Positions 54,691 to 64,000 of a stretch of DNA of 64,000 nucleotides are shown piece by piece (the stretch's first letter is position 1; each line of letters begins with the position of its first letter). The notes beneath the pieces are model-generated. The model was not told where the DNA came from, made no database searches, and saw only the letters and a list, made by a program, of their open reading frames with translations. The translations under genes and the position numbers were made by a program. The DNA is taken from IMG/VR virus record IMGVR_UViG_3300025096_002738, positions 1 through 64,000 of that record. One strand, 5' to 3'. The stretch is from a virus.

Positions 54691-55537
54691 GTGCTTGGTG
54701 ACAGGTCACATGGGCTACATTGGTTCGCGCCTATACAAAAGACTCAAAGATGATGGCCATGAGGTCATGGGCGTCGACCGCAGGGCTGATAATCCTGACG
54801 AAAGACTCGACATTCGCCATAAGCTTTTTCACAGACACACTCCCTGGCCAAAGTTCCAGGCAGAGTATGTGTTTCATCTTGCAGCACAGCCAAGCGTTCA
54901 GTGGAGCATCGAGAATCCTTCTACTGCCCTCTCACACAACGTACACGGCTCGTCAGCCGTCTTAGACTATTCAAAGCATGTCGGGGCCAAGCGAGTTATC
55001 TTCGCAAGCTCAGCGGCCGTTTACGGAGCTTCTAGCCCCTATGGGCTCCACAAGCTGATGACTGAGATGGAATGCAGTCTATATGCAAAGCTTTATGGTC
55101 TGGACACTGTATCGTTGCGGTACTTTAATGTTTATTCCGAGGATCAGCAATTTGGTGGCGCTTACTCTACCGTGATTGCTGCTTGGATGGAGATGATGCG
55201 CCAAAACAAGCCCTTACGGGTTGATGGCGATGGTAATCAAACAAGAGATTTCATTCACATAGATGATATAATAGATGCGAATATATTTTGCATGAACCAC
55301 GAAGGCAATTTAGCCGGCCTTAGCTTTGACGTCGGCACCGGAGTGGAAACTAGTTTGAATGAGGTGCGCGATATTGTAAATCAATATTGTGAACCTGAGT
55401 GGTGTAATGCCGACTCGCGATTGGGCGACATTCATTTTTCAAGAGCCAATACCCAGGGTCTTGAAGGTTTGGGCTGGAAGTCCAAAATTGATATTGTAGA
55501 CGGCTTAAAAAAATGCTTTGGAGGTAATAATGAGTAA
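54683..55537 (+). CDS. NAD-dependent epimerase/dehydratase
   Basis: VTGHMGYIG, HLAA, ASSAAVYG, SPYGLHK, LRYFNVY, GDG.QTRDF. Confidence 0.92.
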   Translation: MAKCLVTGHMGYIGSRLYKRLKDDGHEVMGVDRRADNPDERLDIRHKLFHRHTPWPKFQAEYVFHLAAQPSVQWSIENPSTALSHNVHGSSAVLDYSKHVGAKRVIFASSAAVYGASSPYGLHKLMTEMECSLYAKLYGLDTVSLRYFNVYSEDQQFGGAYSTVIAAWMEMMRQNKPLRVDGDGNQTRDFIHIDDIIDANIFCMNHEGNLAGLSFDVGTGVETSLNEVRDIVNQYCEPEWCNADSRLGDIHFSRANTQGLEGLGWKSKIDIVDGLKKCFGGNNE

Positions 55538-55766
55538 TACTACAACAACTAACTATCCCGTGTTGAGACTATCTAATCAGGCTCTCGGCGCTGTGATGAT
55601 GGCTCTTCAGGAGTCGTTGCTTAATGAGATTGATATTGTCCCTATTCTAAAGGGATTTGAGTTGGTTGACACTGCTGACGGTTTGGTGGTAAAGAATCCG
55701 CCTACGGTTCGCGTGTCTAACAACGCAGAAGTTACAGAAGAAGACCTGTCAAACATGGCAAGGTAA
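55530..55766 (+). CDS. hypothetical protein
   Basis: GGAGG RBS; 78 aa. Confidence 0.75.
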   Translation: MSNTTTTNYPVLRLSNQALGAVMMALQESLLNEIDIVPILKGFELVDTADGLVVKNPPTVRVSNNAEVTEEDLSNMAR

Positions 55767-56023
55767 TGCCCCGTTATTGTTACAAATGCGAGAACTGCGC
55801 TAGCGAAGCGACCATATTTCATTTAATAGATGAAACAGTGGACGAGTGCTTGGCCTGCCGAAGTCGCGATACAATGATAAAGCAATTAACCAAGCCACTT
55901 TACAGAACTAAGACAGAAGATCGTGCCCAAGAAGTCGGCACTATCACAAAGGAATATATCGACTTAAATAGAGAAATACTGAACGAAGAAAAGAAGAAAA
56001 GAGAAGACTATGACCCAACTTGA
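55766..56023 (+). CDS. FmdB-like zinc-ribbon protein
   Basis: MPRYCYKCENC...CLACRS. Confidence 0.75.
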   Translation: MPRYCYKCENCASEATIFHLIDETVDECLACRSRDTMIKQLTKPLYRTKTEDRAQEVGTITKEYIDLNREILNEEKKKREDYDPT

Positions 56024-56348
56024 AATAATATTACTATCCGTCGCAGTCTGCTCAATTTTGAGCACGGTATTTTTATTTATTTATGCACGCGCAATCTTAG
56101 CGAGATTGCTATTTGTATCTGATGAACTAGGGGATTTGCAAGACATGATCAATAGTTTTGCCAAGCACCTACAATCAGTTTACGAATTAGAAACATTTTA
56201 TGGCGACCAAACTCTCCAAGGGCTACTGGAACATGCAGTAGCCTTTAATGAGCAACTTGAAACGTTTGAATGGATCTACCACATAACCACAGAGGAAGCT
56301 GAAGATGACGACGACAACAGAAGCGAAGCCGAAAACGCGCCGTCGTAG
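56010..56348 (+). CDS. membrane-anchored hypothetical protein
   Basis: N-terminal TM IILLSVAVCSILSTVFLFIY; FYGD.TL motif. Confidence 0.7.
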   Translation: MTQLEIILLSVAVCSILSTVFLFIYARAILARLLFVSDELGDLQDMINSFAKHLQSVYELETFYGDQTLQGLLEHAVAFNEQLETFEWIYHITTEEAEDDDDNRSEAENAPS

Positions 56349-57024
56349 AACACGTCGTAAAAACCATTATTTTACACAAGAACATGAAGACGCTATAGTA
56401 CGTTACGCACAATCAACATGCAATAGAGAAAGAACAGATTTATATGTGCAGCTTATTGGTCCAGCCTTCAACGAGATGGTTGATAAGATTGTTTATACTT
56501 ATAAGTTTACAAGTTTGCCAAATTGTGATTATTTGCGAGATGAATGTAAGGTATGGCTAATGACCATACTCGATAAATATGATCCCAACAAGGGCTCTAA
56601 GGCATTCTCGTATTTTTCAGTCATCACAAAGAACTGGTTTATCCACAAGGTCAAGCGCCAACAAAAGCAAACTCGCCGCGAAGTTGATTATGATAATATA
56701 TCAAAGGCTCACGAAGAAGAGTTCCTGTCTACTAATCAGTCTTACCTTTCCGAACGTTTAGAGAAAGAGTTCTGGACATCATTTTATAATGAGCTTGCGT
56801 CATGGGATGTGGCCCAAATGAAGGAGAACGATCTGAAGGTATATCAAGCCATTATTGTTCTTTTTGAATCAAGAGAAGATATCGAGATTTTTAATAAGAA
56901 GGCTATTTATTTGTATCTGAGAGAGATATCTGGACTAAACACAAAACAGATTGTAAACTCTCTTAAGAAATTCCGTAAGAGATACGGAACGTTTAGAGAC
57001 GATTGGGATTCAGGTAAAAAATGA
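56305..57024 (+). CDS. phage late-transcription sigma factor (T4 gp55-like)
   Basis: YFT...EDAIVRY...EMVDKI..YKF...KYDPNKGSKAFSYFSVITKNW (sigma region 2-like). Confidence 0.78.
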   Translation: MTTTTEAKPKTRRRRTRRKNHYFTQEHEDAIVRYAQSTCNRERTDLYVQLIGPAFNEMVDKIVYTYKFTSLPNCDYLRDECKVWLMTILDKYDPNKGSKAFSYFSVITKNWFIHKVKRQQKQTRREVDYDNISKAHEEEFLSTNQSYLSERLEKEFWTSFYNELASWDVAQMKENDLKVYQAIIVLFESREDIEIFNKKAIYLYLREISGLNTKQIVNSLKKFRKRYGTFRDDWDSGKK

Positions 57025-57332
57025 GCAAGAAAGATTTGGAATCGCTATATGATGAGGCACTCGACAACGTGCGCGAAGATCGCAAGTTGGCCCGCGAGTT
57101 CCTAAATGAAGTAGCAAACCAGATCGTTAAAGATGCTTCACAAAACAAATACCTAAGCCCCGTGGCCGCAAAACACGTAGAATCTTTACAGAGGTCAAAT
57201 GAACAGCTTGTAAAGATTATTACATTGCGACAAAAGGCCGCCGGCCCCTCCTTGGACTTGACCGAAGCGGACAAGGACAGTCTCTTTGATATGATACAGG
57301 GAGGCCCGCCACATGACCACGAAGAGCACTAA
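57021..57332 (+). CDS. helical hypothetical protein
   Basis: ATGA overlap; LQRSNEQLVKI. Confidence 0.7.
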   Translation: MSKKDLESLYDEALDNVREDRKLAREFLNEVANQIVKDASQNKYLSPVAAKHVESLQRSNEQLVKIITLRQKAAGPSLDLTEADKDSLFDMIQGGPPHDHEEH

Positions 57333-58461
57333 TTTTGGAGATTTCACTGAAGCCGGCCAAGCCCTAGACCTCTATGGAAATGCTATTCGTCAGTCGATCG
57401 CGACCGACGTATACAAGAATACATATACATTTTCGGTCGTTGTACTGACCAAGCCGCTTCCTATGAGCCAGGATGGAATTTCAGTAAGCGGCTTTAAATT
57501 TAAAGGCCGGATCCTTGACCCAGAAACAATGCGGGATCAAGACGGTTCTTCGGTGATCAAAGGGCCTCCTTCACCGCACAGGCTTCTCCCCGACCCGTGT
57601 AAACTTAGTACAGCGGCCAGTGCCGCCCAGGCGATTAAAATTATTGCGCTACACACAGAGTTCGCAGGTCCTGCTGAAGGCCAAATACCCAACCCAGGCG
57701 ATGAAGTCATTGTCCAGCTACAGCCTGGAGATTATTCTTATAATGTTGCCCGCGCAACTTTTACTAAATTGACTGTCAAAAATGCCAATAGAAACCTAAA
57801 CGCAGCCTCTGGGTGCTCTGCTGGGGAACTAGGAGACCTTTTTGAAGATGGTGCCGGCTCCTTGCTCGATCCCAACGATTTTAGTCCTCGCCAATATCGC
57901 TATCTTGGCAACGCGGCTGGTCTTAACAACACGATCGTTGAAAACGGCAAGCTTCCACCGGATTTACTTGGAACACTAAATACAGATTATAGCGCTTATG
58001 CCGCTAAGATGCTAAAGGATACGCTCCCGAAATGGGATGCTCTTGCCGCGGCCTATCATAAACAATTTAAAGGGGAGAAATTCCCCGCGACACCCGGCGG
58101 CGGCTACCGTACTTTTGAAAAACAACTCGACGCTCGTCAAAGGTACGGAAAAAAAGCAGCCAAACCCGGCACATCAAACCACGGACTCGGCACAGCATTG
58201 GATATCTCCAGTAATATAGTGCAATTTGGCAATGACAGGTATCAATGGCTTTTTGAGAATGCCCCCAAAACAGAATATCAAATAATTCACCCGTGCTGGG
58301 CTCGACAGAAGCGGGATACAAGTACAATTGCCGCTTCACGCTGCAACGGTTGCCCACCGGCTACGTCGACAACGCGCGATAAATGCGGTACAAATGTAGA
58401 AGTATGGCACTGGGAAATTACCCACTCACAGATCAAGGCCCTGCTAGCACGTATTTATTAA
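57313..58461 (+). CDS. baseplate/tail-associated protein with C-terminal M15 (VanY-like) peptidase
   Basis: IPNPGDEVIV (gp5 OB-fold-like); GYRTFEKQ...AAKPGTSNHGLGTALD...EVWHWE (SxH-x6-D, ExWH). Confidence 0.8.
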   Translation: MTTKSTNFGDFTEAGQALDLYGNAIRQSIATDVYKNTYTFSVVVLTKPLPMSQDGISVSGFKFKGRILDPETMRDQDGSSVIKGPPSPHRLLPDPCKLSTAASAAQAIKIIALHTEFAGPAEGQIPNPGDEVIVQLQPGDYSYNVARATFTKLTVKNANRNLNAASGCSAGELGDLFEDGAGSLLDPNDFSPRQYRYLGNAAGLNNTIVENGKLPPDLLGTLNTDYSAYAAKMLKDTLPKWDALAAAYHKQFKGEKFPATPGGGYRTFEKQLDARQRYGKKAAKPGTSNHGLGTALDISSNIVQFGNDRYQWLFENAPKTEYQIIHPCWARQKRDTSTIAASRCNGCPPATSTTRDKCGTNVEVWHWEITHSQIKALLARIY

Positions 58462-58485
58462 TGACAAATCATAAGTGATAATAAA

Positions 58486-59457
58486 ATGGCAACTATTAAA
58501 ATATTTGATATTGATCAACTAACAGAAGATCAAAAACAACAGTATGGTGCCTTTAAGGCTTCGAGCATCGTTAGTGATGCGATGGGAATTTTTAACACCC
58601 GCGTATATGAACCTACATACAACTATCTTCGAGCACAAAATGAGCAGTTGTTAGGAGACGCAACAGTTGACGCAAACATCGTCATTGGTACCGATCGCCC
58701 TTCCCAGATCTCAGGACCCGGTTATGGAGCTTACGGCGCCCAAAAGGCAAACACGATTGATATCGTCGTGGGAAGAATGGCCGCCGCCCGTTCAGGCAAA
58801 GGCCCAGACAACGGAACGTTTGTCAATCCTTCATTTGCCGCCGACGCTGCCCGCATTTATATTAGCCAGATGACCGACATAGATACCAACTTTGGCATTG
58901 CGAATGGCCGCACTGGAAATATAACAGGGCGTTCTGCGATTGGCATGAAGGCTGACGCAGTTAGAATCGTTGGGCGTGAAGGTGTCAAGATAATCACCGG
59001 CGCTTCATTCGAGTTTGAAAATGCAGGTAACGGCAATGGTGAGACAAACTCCAAAGGCGGCGATCTCATGCCGGCACCGTTCATCGAGCTTATTGCAGGC
59101 AACATTACATCGGAAAACGAATCAAACAATGGGCAGAAATATATCCAAGGAGTCGGCAGGGGCGAGAACATTGTTGACTGCTTGGAGGATCTCACCGACT
59201 TGATGAATGACTTTTTGGGAGCTATGATTAACTTCTGCTATCTTCAGATCGTATTCAATACTGCTGTGCAGGTTAACGTCTTTCCCTTCCACAGTTTCCA
59301 CTCTGCCACTGGTACAACTATTAATCAGCAACTATTGACGTCAGTGTTTAACGCCCTACATCACATAAGGACTCAATTAAACTCAACTTTCCCGACAGAC
59401 TATTTAAAGGTTAGCGGCAACAAGTACATTGCCAGCAAGACCGTTTTTGCTACATAG
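58486..59457 (+). CDS. putative baseplate spike / gp5-like protein
   Basis: IVIGTDR...IDIVVGR...DAARIYISQ.TDID...SAIGMKADAVRIVGREGVKI beta-rich pattern; position after the peptidase gene. Confidence 0.55.
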   Translation: MATIKIFDIDQLTEDQKQQYGAFKASSIVSDAMGIFNTRVYEPTYNYLRAQNEQLLGDATVDANIVIGTDRPSQISGPGYGAYGAQKANTIDIVVGRMAAARSGKGPDNGTFVNPSFAADAARIYISQMTDIDTNFGIANGRTGNITGRSAIGMKADAVRIVGREGVKIITGASFEFENAGNGNGETNSKGGDLMPAPFIELIAGNITSENESNNGQKYIQGVGRGENIVDCLEDLTDLMNDFLGAMINFCYLQIVFNTAVQVNVFPFHSFHSATGTTINQQLLTSVFNALHHIRTQLNSTFPTDYLKVSGNKYIASKTVFAT

Positions 59458-59466
59458 GAATTTCTC

Positions 59467-62400
59467 ATGGCTGAAGAAGATTCAAAATTTCTAAAATTTC
59501 AAGATAAAGACGGCAACTTACTTATTGATAGTTGTCCTGACGTTGAATTCGTCCCAGCACCCCTTGATTGCCCCGATTGTAAGCCAGATCCTAAATATAT
59601 CGCCCCCAATTGGAAGTCACAAACAATCGATGAACCGTGGCTCAATCAAAAAGAATGCAGGTATTATATTACAGTCACGACTCCTGAGACGTCGTTGTTG
59701 CCGGAAGGCGCGACTGTGGTATCAGATACAGAGGCGGAAGAACATCTAAAGACCATTTACACTAAATATGTGACAGACGCTGCTCTGGGATTGCTCGTAG
59801 CGTACAACAAGAAGACAGACGATAGTACAATAGATCTGATCATTCCAGCAATGAAGGCTGAAAAATCCTCCTTGGATTCTCGCAAGTTCTCCCGCCTAAA
59901 GTTGTTATACTCTATTGCCTATGAGGACTTCGCAGGACTAGAAGAGCAAGAAGGGGACGCTGACGGCGAAGACGATTCTAATGCAAACGGCGTTACAGTA
60001 GTTTACGATGCAAACGAGATCTACCATAAGTTAAGAACATTTCAAAAGACAATGAAGCTATACGCTGGCTTCTATTATGGCCGCCGCCTAATCGACAAAG
60101 GCTCATTGATCTTCCAGCACCCCGATGGTGTCGAAACCCTCTATACTAATGAACAACTCGATAGATATGGAACCGGGGTATTTGGCGAAGACTATATGAT
60201 GTCAGCCCTTACGTCGCTCGATGACTTTTTGAACAATAGAGGGTTCAATATTTTTACCGGTTTTGAAATAGCCGACTGGTTTAGCAACAAGAACATAGTA
60301 GGACGCGTAGAGCTATTCTATAACAATGAGTATTTTCTTGAGAAGCTAAAAGTAACTGCGGGCTGCGGAGAGGCTGAGTGGACAGGAAGGAAGCTTCAAG
60401 CATTGACCCGAAAAGAGATCTATAAAGATCCAACTGCGATGGCTTACTTTGCTCAACTGAACGAGATGGACAGAGCGATCAAATCCCGCGAAACACCTGC
60501 TTGGATAGAGTTCCTTACTACCTATACATATCCGCCTGTAAAAGAAACATTTGACTGGCCTTACGCCGATGCCGGCCCATCAGAGGGCGGCTGCATTGTT
60601 GGCGCCTTAGAACGAGAAGCCAAACAACTAGGCGTCGATATTTTAAATGATACCATGAGCATCGGAAAAGCCGCGGCCTATGCATATGTAAAGAACGTTT
60701 GTATGTCTTCATCGGCCGAAGATCGTATTGGTGCCCCCGTGGAGCAGATGAGGGAGCTTGGTCTTTTGTACACCCCGACAGAGAGTGCGTCGGGAGAGAT
60801 GGCGAAAAAGAACATACTGGCGTATTCTACAGAGCAAGCCTTTAAGGAACTGGAGAGTAGCTCCCAGCCATTTATTAACATCTGTGCTAAGATGGGAACA
60901 GTGGTGCCGGGAACCGACAAGAAGATGTTGGATGATATGTGGTCAGGCGCTTTTGATCAGGCTAAATTGGCTGGTCTCAAGAGCTTCTTGCTAGAAGGCG
61001 TTACTTGTCTTATGGGAAGTGTGACATTCGAGGAATTCCTTGCGACGTCATTGCAGTCTGCGCTTGAGTCAATGACACTAGAAAATTTTGGAGAGCTATT
61101 CGGTGGCTTGCCGCCGGAAAGACAGCAAGCTATACAAGACAAGCTTAATGCTCGATGGGAAAGCGGAGAACTGCTCGAAGAAAATAGCAATAGTCAATAC
61201 TTGTCTGACGTAATTCAAGACATGCCTAATGGCGTCCCATCACCTTGGACAGATCCGAATATGGTCGCCCTCCAGAACGCCCATGTCACCGAAGACCCGG
61301 CTACAAATGCTCCTATTGTTCCGACAACAATCTCTGGAAATGCATTAGAACCAAACCGCAGAACTTTGGCAACGCGACTTGATACTGCTTCGCAGACCTA
61401 TTCTTCAGTCCCCGGCATTATGGAACTGTGGGCTAGCCAGATGATACAGGAATATCAGGAGGATCTGCTAGAACTACTTGAACCAATTGGAAAGTTTCCT
61501 GGCGCCCAGGTTATTACACATACGCTATTAGAGTTAGACTGCCCGTTGCCGCCTTTGATGACGCCGACGTTCATGGCGAAGATGTCCAGCCTACGCCCGG
61601 ACCTTCCACAGTTTAAGACAAAAGACGACGTTAAAATTCCAAAAACAGAATATCCCGCAGGCTGGGTTCCTAAGTATAAAGATTGGACTGCTTTTATTTA
61701 CGAGGCAGCCAAGTTGGTAATCCAGCAAGTTCTAATACAGACAATAACAAGGCTTATCAAAAAGGTGTGCCAGCTTCTTGGTGATGCAATTTGCGCAGCC
61801 ATTGAGACTGCTGGAAAGCTTGCCGCGGCAGCCATTACTGATGGTTCAAGCGCAGAGTTTGGGAACATTATCCGTGACAGCATTTGCGGCCCAGATGCCG
61901 ATCAGGCAACTGTCGATAAGACAATCCAAGAGATGTTCGAAAAGCTCGGTGTTGGTGGCGCTGCATTGGCAGATCCTATAGCGGTCCAGAACTTCGTATC
62001 TGATGTTTCTTCAGCAGCTAGCCGTAAAGAACTACTCAATGCATTTGACGGCGAAATGTCTGCTGAGTTGGCTGAGATCATAGACAACTTGATCGAATAT
62101 GAATACCCGCAGTTCCGTCAGGGGCTATCAAATCGCGGCGCCATAGCAGGATTCTTTAAGAATATCGGTAACATAATGCCCATTGATGTTCGTGCTGCAA
62201 TGAAAGACTTTGTTAACTCACTTCCAGAGCAAGACATCTTGCCGGCCAACCCTTCTCTTTGTGCCACGCCTGAAGACCTTGAAGACTACTGTAACTTGAG
62301 AGCCGCGCTCTTAACAGGTCGCTCAACCCCAGCACAATCGCAGGAAATGTGTCAGGCAGATAAGGACGAGCGCCTTGCCGACTTGGCAGACTTGGCTAAC

Positions 62401-64000
62401 GCCCTCAATGGGCTGCCTGTAGACCTTCCTCCCATGCTTTCGGACCCTGGGTGTGAGAACGGGTTGTTCCCCTTCGAAAACCCCGCCCAAACGGCAGCCA
62501 CGGCGACTGCGCTCGGAGGCTCTTTAGAACAGCTTAAGATTGACTTTACAAAGGACATGATCGGTAATGGGCCCTTTTGGAGCGACTGGGGCTTTCTAAA
62601 CATGACCTTGTCAGACACGATGGGTAAAGCTTTGAGCACCCACCATCGCGAAGTATCCTTTTCAAGAAGCAAGGTGGACTTTGTTAGCGACCTCTCCCTC
62701 CCAGACGATTATGTCAAAGAGGAGAATTTTCTATGGGTTTTCAGCGATCCAGTGGCGACCCCCGGTCAATATAGTAACTTTCCCAAGTCAGTGGCAGAAT
62801 GGCTCAGAGATCAAATAGATGTGCTTCCGATTAGCTATAACCTCAATAACGATTTCAGTGGCAGTGAAATATTCGATCAGAGTTTTGAGGCTCTTGGGGT
62901 AACAACTTGGAATGGTAGCGTCAATGTTTTGGGCGTACCAGATTATGGCTACAATATTAACCTAACAACACAGTGGGACCCGACCACGAATGCCAGCACT
63001 GAGAATGGTGCTTCTTCCGCAGGCTTTATACGACTTGAGCGCCTTCCCAGGAAGTTCACGCCAGATCTTCATTTGGAATTCCGTGACAATTTCGATGGCC
63101 GCAAGGAAGCCCAATTTGGAGTTGGCTACAATATTGGACTTTATCTATCCGATATAGTACAGAAAGCCGATGGGACCTACACCAACAAGGGGCTACCTAC
63201 TGCTCCACTGGACGCAAATCGAGTCCTTATTTATGAAATGCTAAATGAGGCGGCCATGGCCACAGGCGCCGAAGCCGGCTCCGAAACTTTAATTCAAGAC
63301 ATGTTGTTTGAATTCCTGGCGGTAGATGATACGCTGGGTTATTTCTACGAGGACGACGGCACTCGATTGTCTGAGTTCCCTAACTTTACGTCTTGCTTCG
63401 AAACCCACCAAGACCACACTCCCCCTGTGGTCCTCCTAAATGAACTATTAGACAAGGTTCCATCTTCTGAGGCTCCCACAAAAGGCCGGTTAAGAACCTT
63501 CATCCAAGACTATATGTCACAGTTTACAAACGACATTAAAGCCGAGATTGCAGGCAACAAAGCAGCTTGGGCTTATGGCGCCAAGTTTGATGACCTATCC
63601 CAGAAAGATATAGAATATGTTGTCGATGATAATCAGGTAACAGACGCCTATGTTGATGGAGTATACTATGATTTGGTTCCTGGCGGTACTCTATATGGTT
63701 CCATTAAAAAAGTAGATACCACTGCAACTAAAAACTTTAATCCTGATGGCTTGCGTAGCTTGCGCAATTCAGACGCAATCATGGGATTAAGCCGAGATCA
63801 ATACGAGAACAAAAACGCTCCTAAGAAGATTAGAGCATATTATCTCAATCCAAGCACATACGGAGGCACGTATACTTCGCCTCCGATTTATATCAAGCCC
63901 CAGAAGAACGAAGGCTGGATGGGGATGGCTGAAGTCCTTTTTCCCGAAACCAGTCCCTGCAAGCCGTCCAAGAAGGAGATGGTAGATTTTGATGGAATAC
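59467..64000 (+). CDS. very large (>1510 aa) probable virion structural protein, truncated by window end
   Basis: ATG 59467 (MAEEDSKFLKFQDKDG...CPDCKPDP); in frame to the end of the window; absent from the ORF track because no stop is reached. Confidence 0.8.
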   Translation, partial: MAEEDSKFLKFQDKDGNLLIDSCPDVEFVPAPLDCPDCKPDPKYIAPNWKSQTIDEPWLNQKECRYYITVTTPETSLLPEGATVVSDTEAEEHLKTIYTKYVTDAALGLLVAYNKKTDDSTIDLIIPAMKAEKSSLDSRKFSRLKLLYSIAYEDFAGLEEQEGDADGEDDSNANGVTVVYDANEIYHKLRTFQKTMKLYAGFYYGRRLIDKGSLIFQHPDGVETLYTNEQLDRYGTGVFGEDYMMSALTSLDDFLNNRGFNIFTGFEIADWFSNKNIVGRVELFYNNEYFLEKLKVTAGCGEAEWTGRKLQALTRKEIYKDPTAMAYFAQLNEMDRAIKSRETPAWIEFLTTYTYPPVKETFDWPYADAGPSEGGCIVGALEREAKQLGVDILNDTMSIGKAAAYAYVKNVCMSSSAEDRIGAPVEQMRELGLLYTPTESASGEMAKKNILAYSTEQAFKELESSSQPFINICAKMGTVVPGTDKKMLDDMWSGAFDQAKLAGLKSFLLEGVTCLMGSVTFEEFLATSLQSALESMTLENFGELFGGLPPERQQAIQDKLNARWESGELLEENSNSQYLSDVIQDMPNGVPSPWTDPNMVALQNAHVTEDPATNAPIVPTTISGNALEPNRRTLATRLDTASQTYSSVPGIMELWASQMIQEYQEDLLELLEPIGKFPGAQVITHTLLELDCPLPPLMTPTFMAKMSSLRPDLPQFKTKDDVKIPKTEYPAGWVPKYKDWTAFIYEAAKLVIQQVLIQTITRLIKKVCQLLGDAICAAIETAGKLAAAAITDGSSAEFGNIIRDSICGPDADQATVDKTIQEMFEKLGVGGAALADPIAVQNFVSDVSSAASRKELLNAFDGEMSAELAEIIDNLIEYEYPQFRQGLSNRGAIAGFFKNIGNIMPIDVRAAMKDFVNSLPEQDILPANPSLCATPEDLEDYCNLRAALLTGRSTPAQSQEMCQADKDERLADLADLANALNGLPVDLPPMLSDPGCENGLFPFENPAQTAATATALGGSLEQLKIDFTKDMIGNGPFWSDWGFLNMTLSDTMGKALSTHHREVSFSRSKVDFVSDLSLPDDYVKEENFLWVFSDPVATPGQYSNFPKSVAEWLRDQIDVLPISYNLNNDFSGSEIFDQSFEALGVTTWNGSVNVLGVPDYGYNINLTTQWDPTTNASTENGASSAGFIRLERLPRKFTPDLHLEFRDNFDGRKEAQFGVGYNIGLYLSDIVQKADGTYTNKGLPTAPLDANRVLIYEMLNEAAMATGAEAGSETLIQDMLFEFLAVDDTLGYFYEDDGTRLSEFPNFTSCFETHQDHTPPVVLLNELLDKVPSSEAPTKGRLRTFIQDYMSQFTNDIKAEIAGNKAAWAYGAKFDDLSQKDIEYVVDDNQVTDAYVDGVYYDLVPGGTLYGSIKKVDTTATKNFNPDGLRSLRNSDAIMGLSRDQYENKNAPKKIRAYYLNPSTYGGTYTSPPIYIKPQKNEGWMGMAEVLFPETSPCKPSKKEMVDFDGI

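Noticed and set aside
37761-55537. Bacterial chromosomal O-antigen/capsule locus
   Set aside because: No wzx/wzy/wzm export genes; flanked by a phage sigma, tail-type genes and phage-style hypotheticals.
1-64000. Alternative genetic code (stop-codon reassignment)
   Set aside because: Conserved enzymes translate full length in code 11, and TAA, TAG and TGA all end genes normally.
1-64000. Diversity-generating retroelement or retron behind the leader array
   Set aside because: No reverse transcriptase and no template/variable repeat pair with adenine-specific differences seen in this window.

Overview
This 64 kb window looks like part of a large (probably jumbo) dsDNA tailed-phage genome. Essentially every credible gene is on the + strand. 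(1) 1-8.3 kb: a visibly GC-richer, early-type region. Its gene cassettes are each preceded by a repeated TTGACA-N5-TTGACA double box plus a sigma70-type promoter. It carries a MoxR AAA+/vWA-metallopeptidase pair, a double zinc-knuckle protein and many small SH3-like proteins. (2) 8.5-10.2 kb: a coding-poor, AT-rich stretch with micro-ORFs and a G6/C6 plus A-tract signal next to an HNH-AP2 endonuclease; possibly a genome end or packaging site. (3) 14.2-21.6 kb: a translationally coupled array of unrelated proteins that share an N-terminal MKLLLENWREYLxE leader, nearly identical at the DNA level. The cargoes include a nucleotidase, a GNAT, three ADP-ribosyltransferase-like domains and a pyrophosphatase-like protein. 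This is the best candidate for a new system: a modular, capsid-targeted set of injected effectors. (4) 22-37.7 kb: acidic head-type proteins, a Fis-like protein, tmRNA, tRNA-Gly, two lipoproteins, HNH, PIN-PhoH and a Cas4-like nuclease. (5) 37.8-55.5 kb: an approximately 18 kb sugar-nucleotide and glycosyltransferase locus. (6) 56.3-64 kb: a gp55-like late sigma factor, an M15 peptidase tail/baseplate protein, a spike-like protein and a >1500 aa ORF running off the window. All product calls come from motif recognition by eye; no searches were run.
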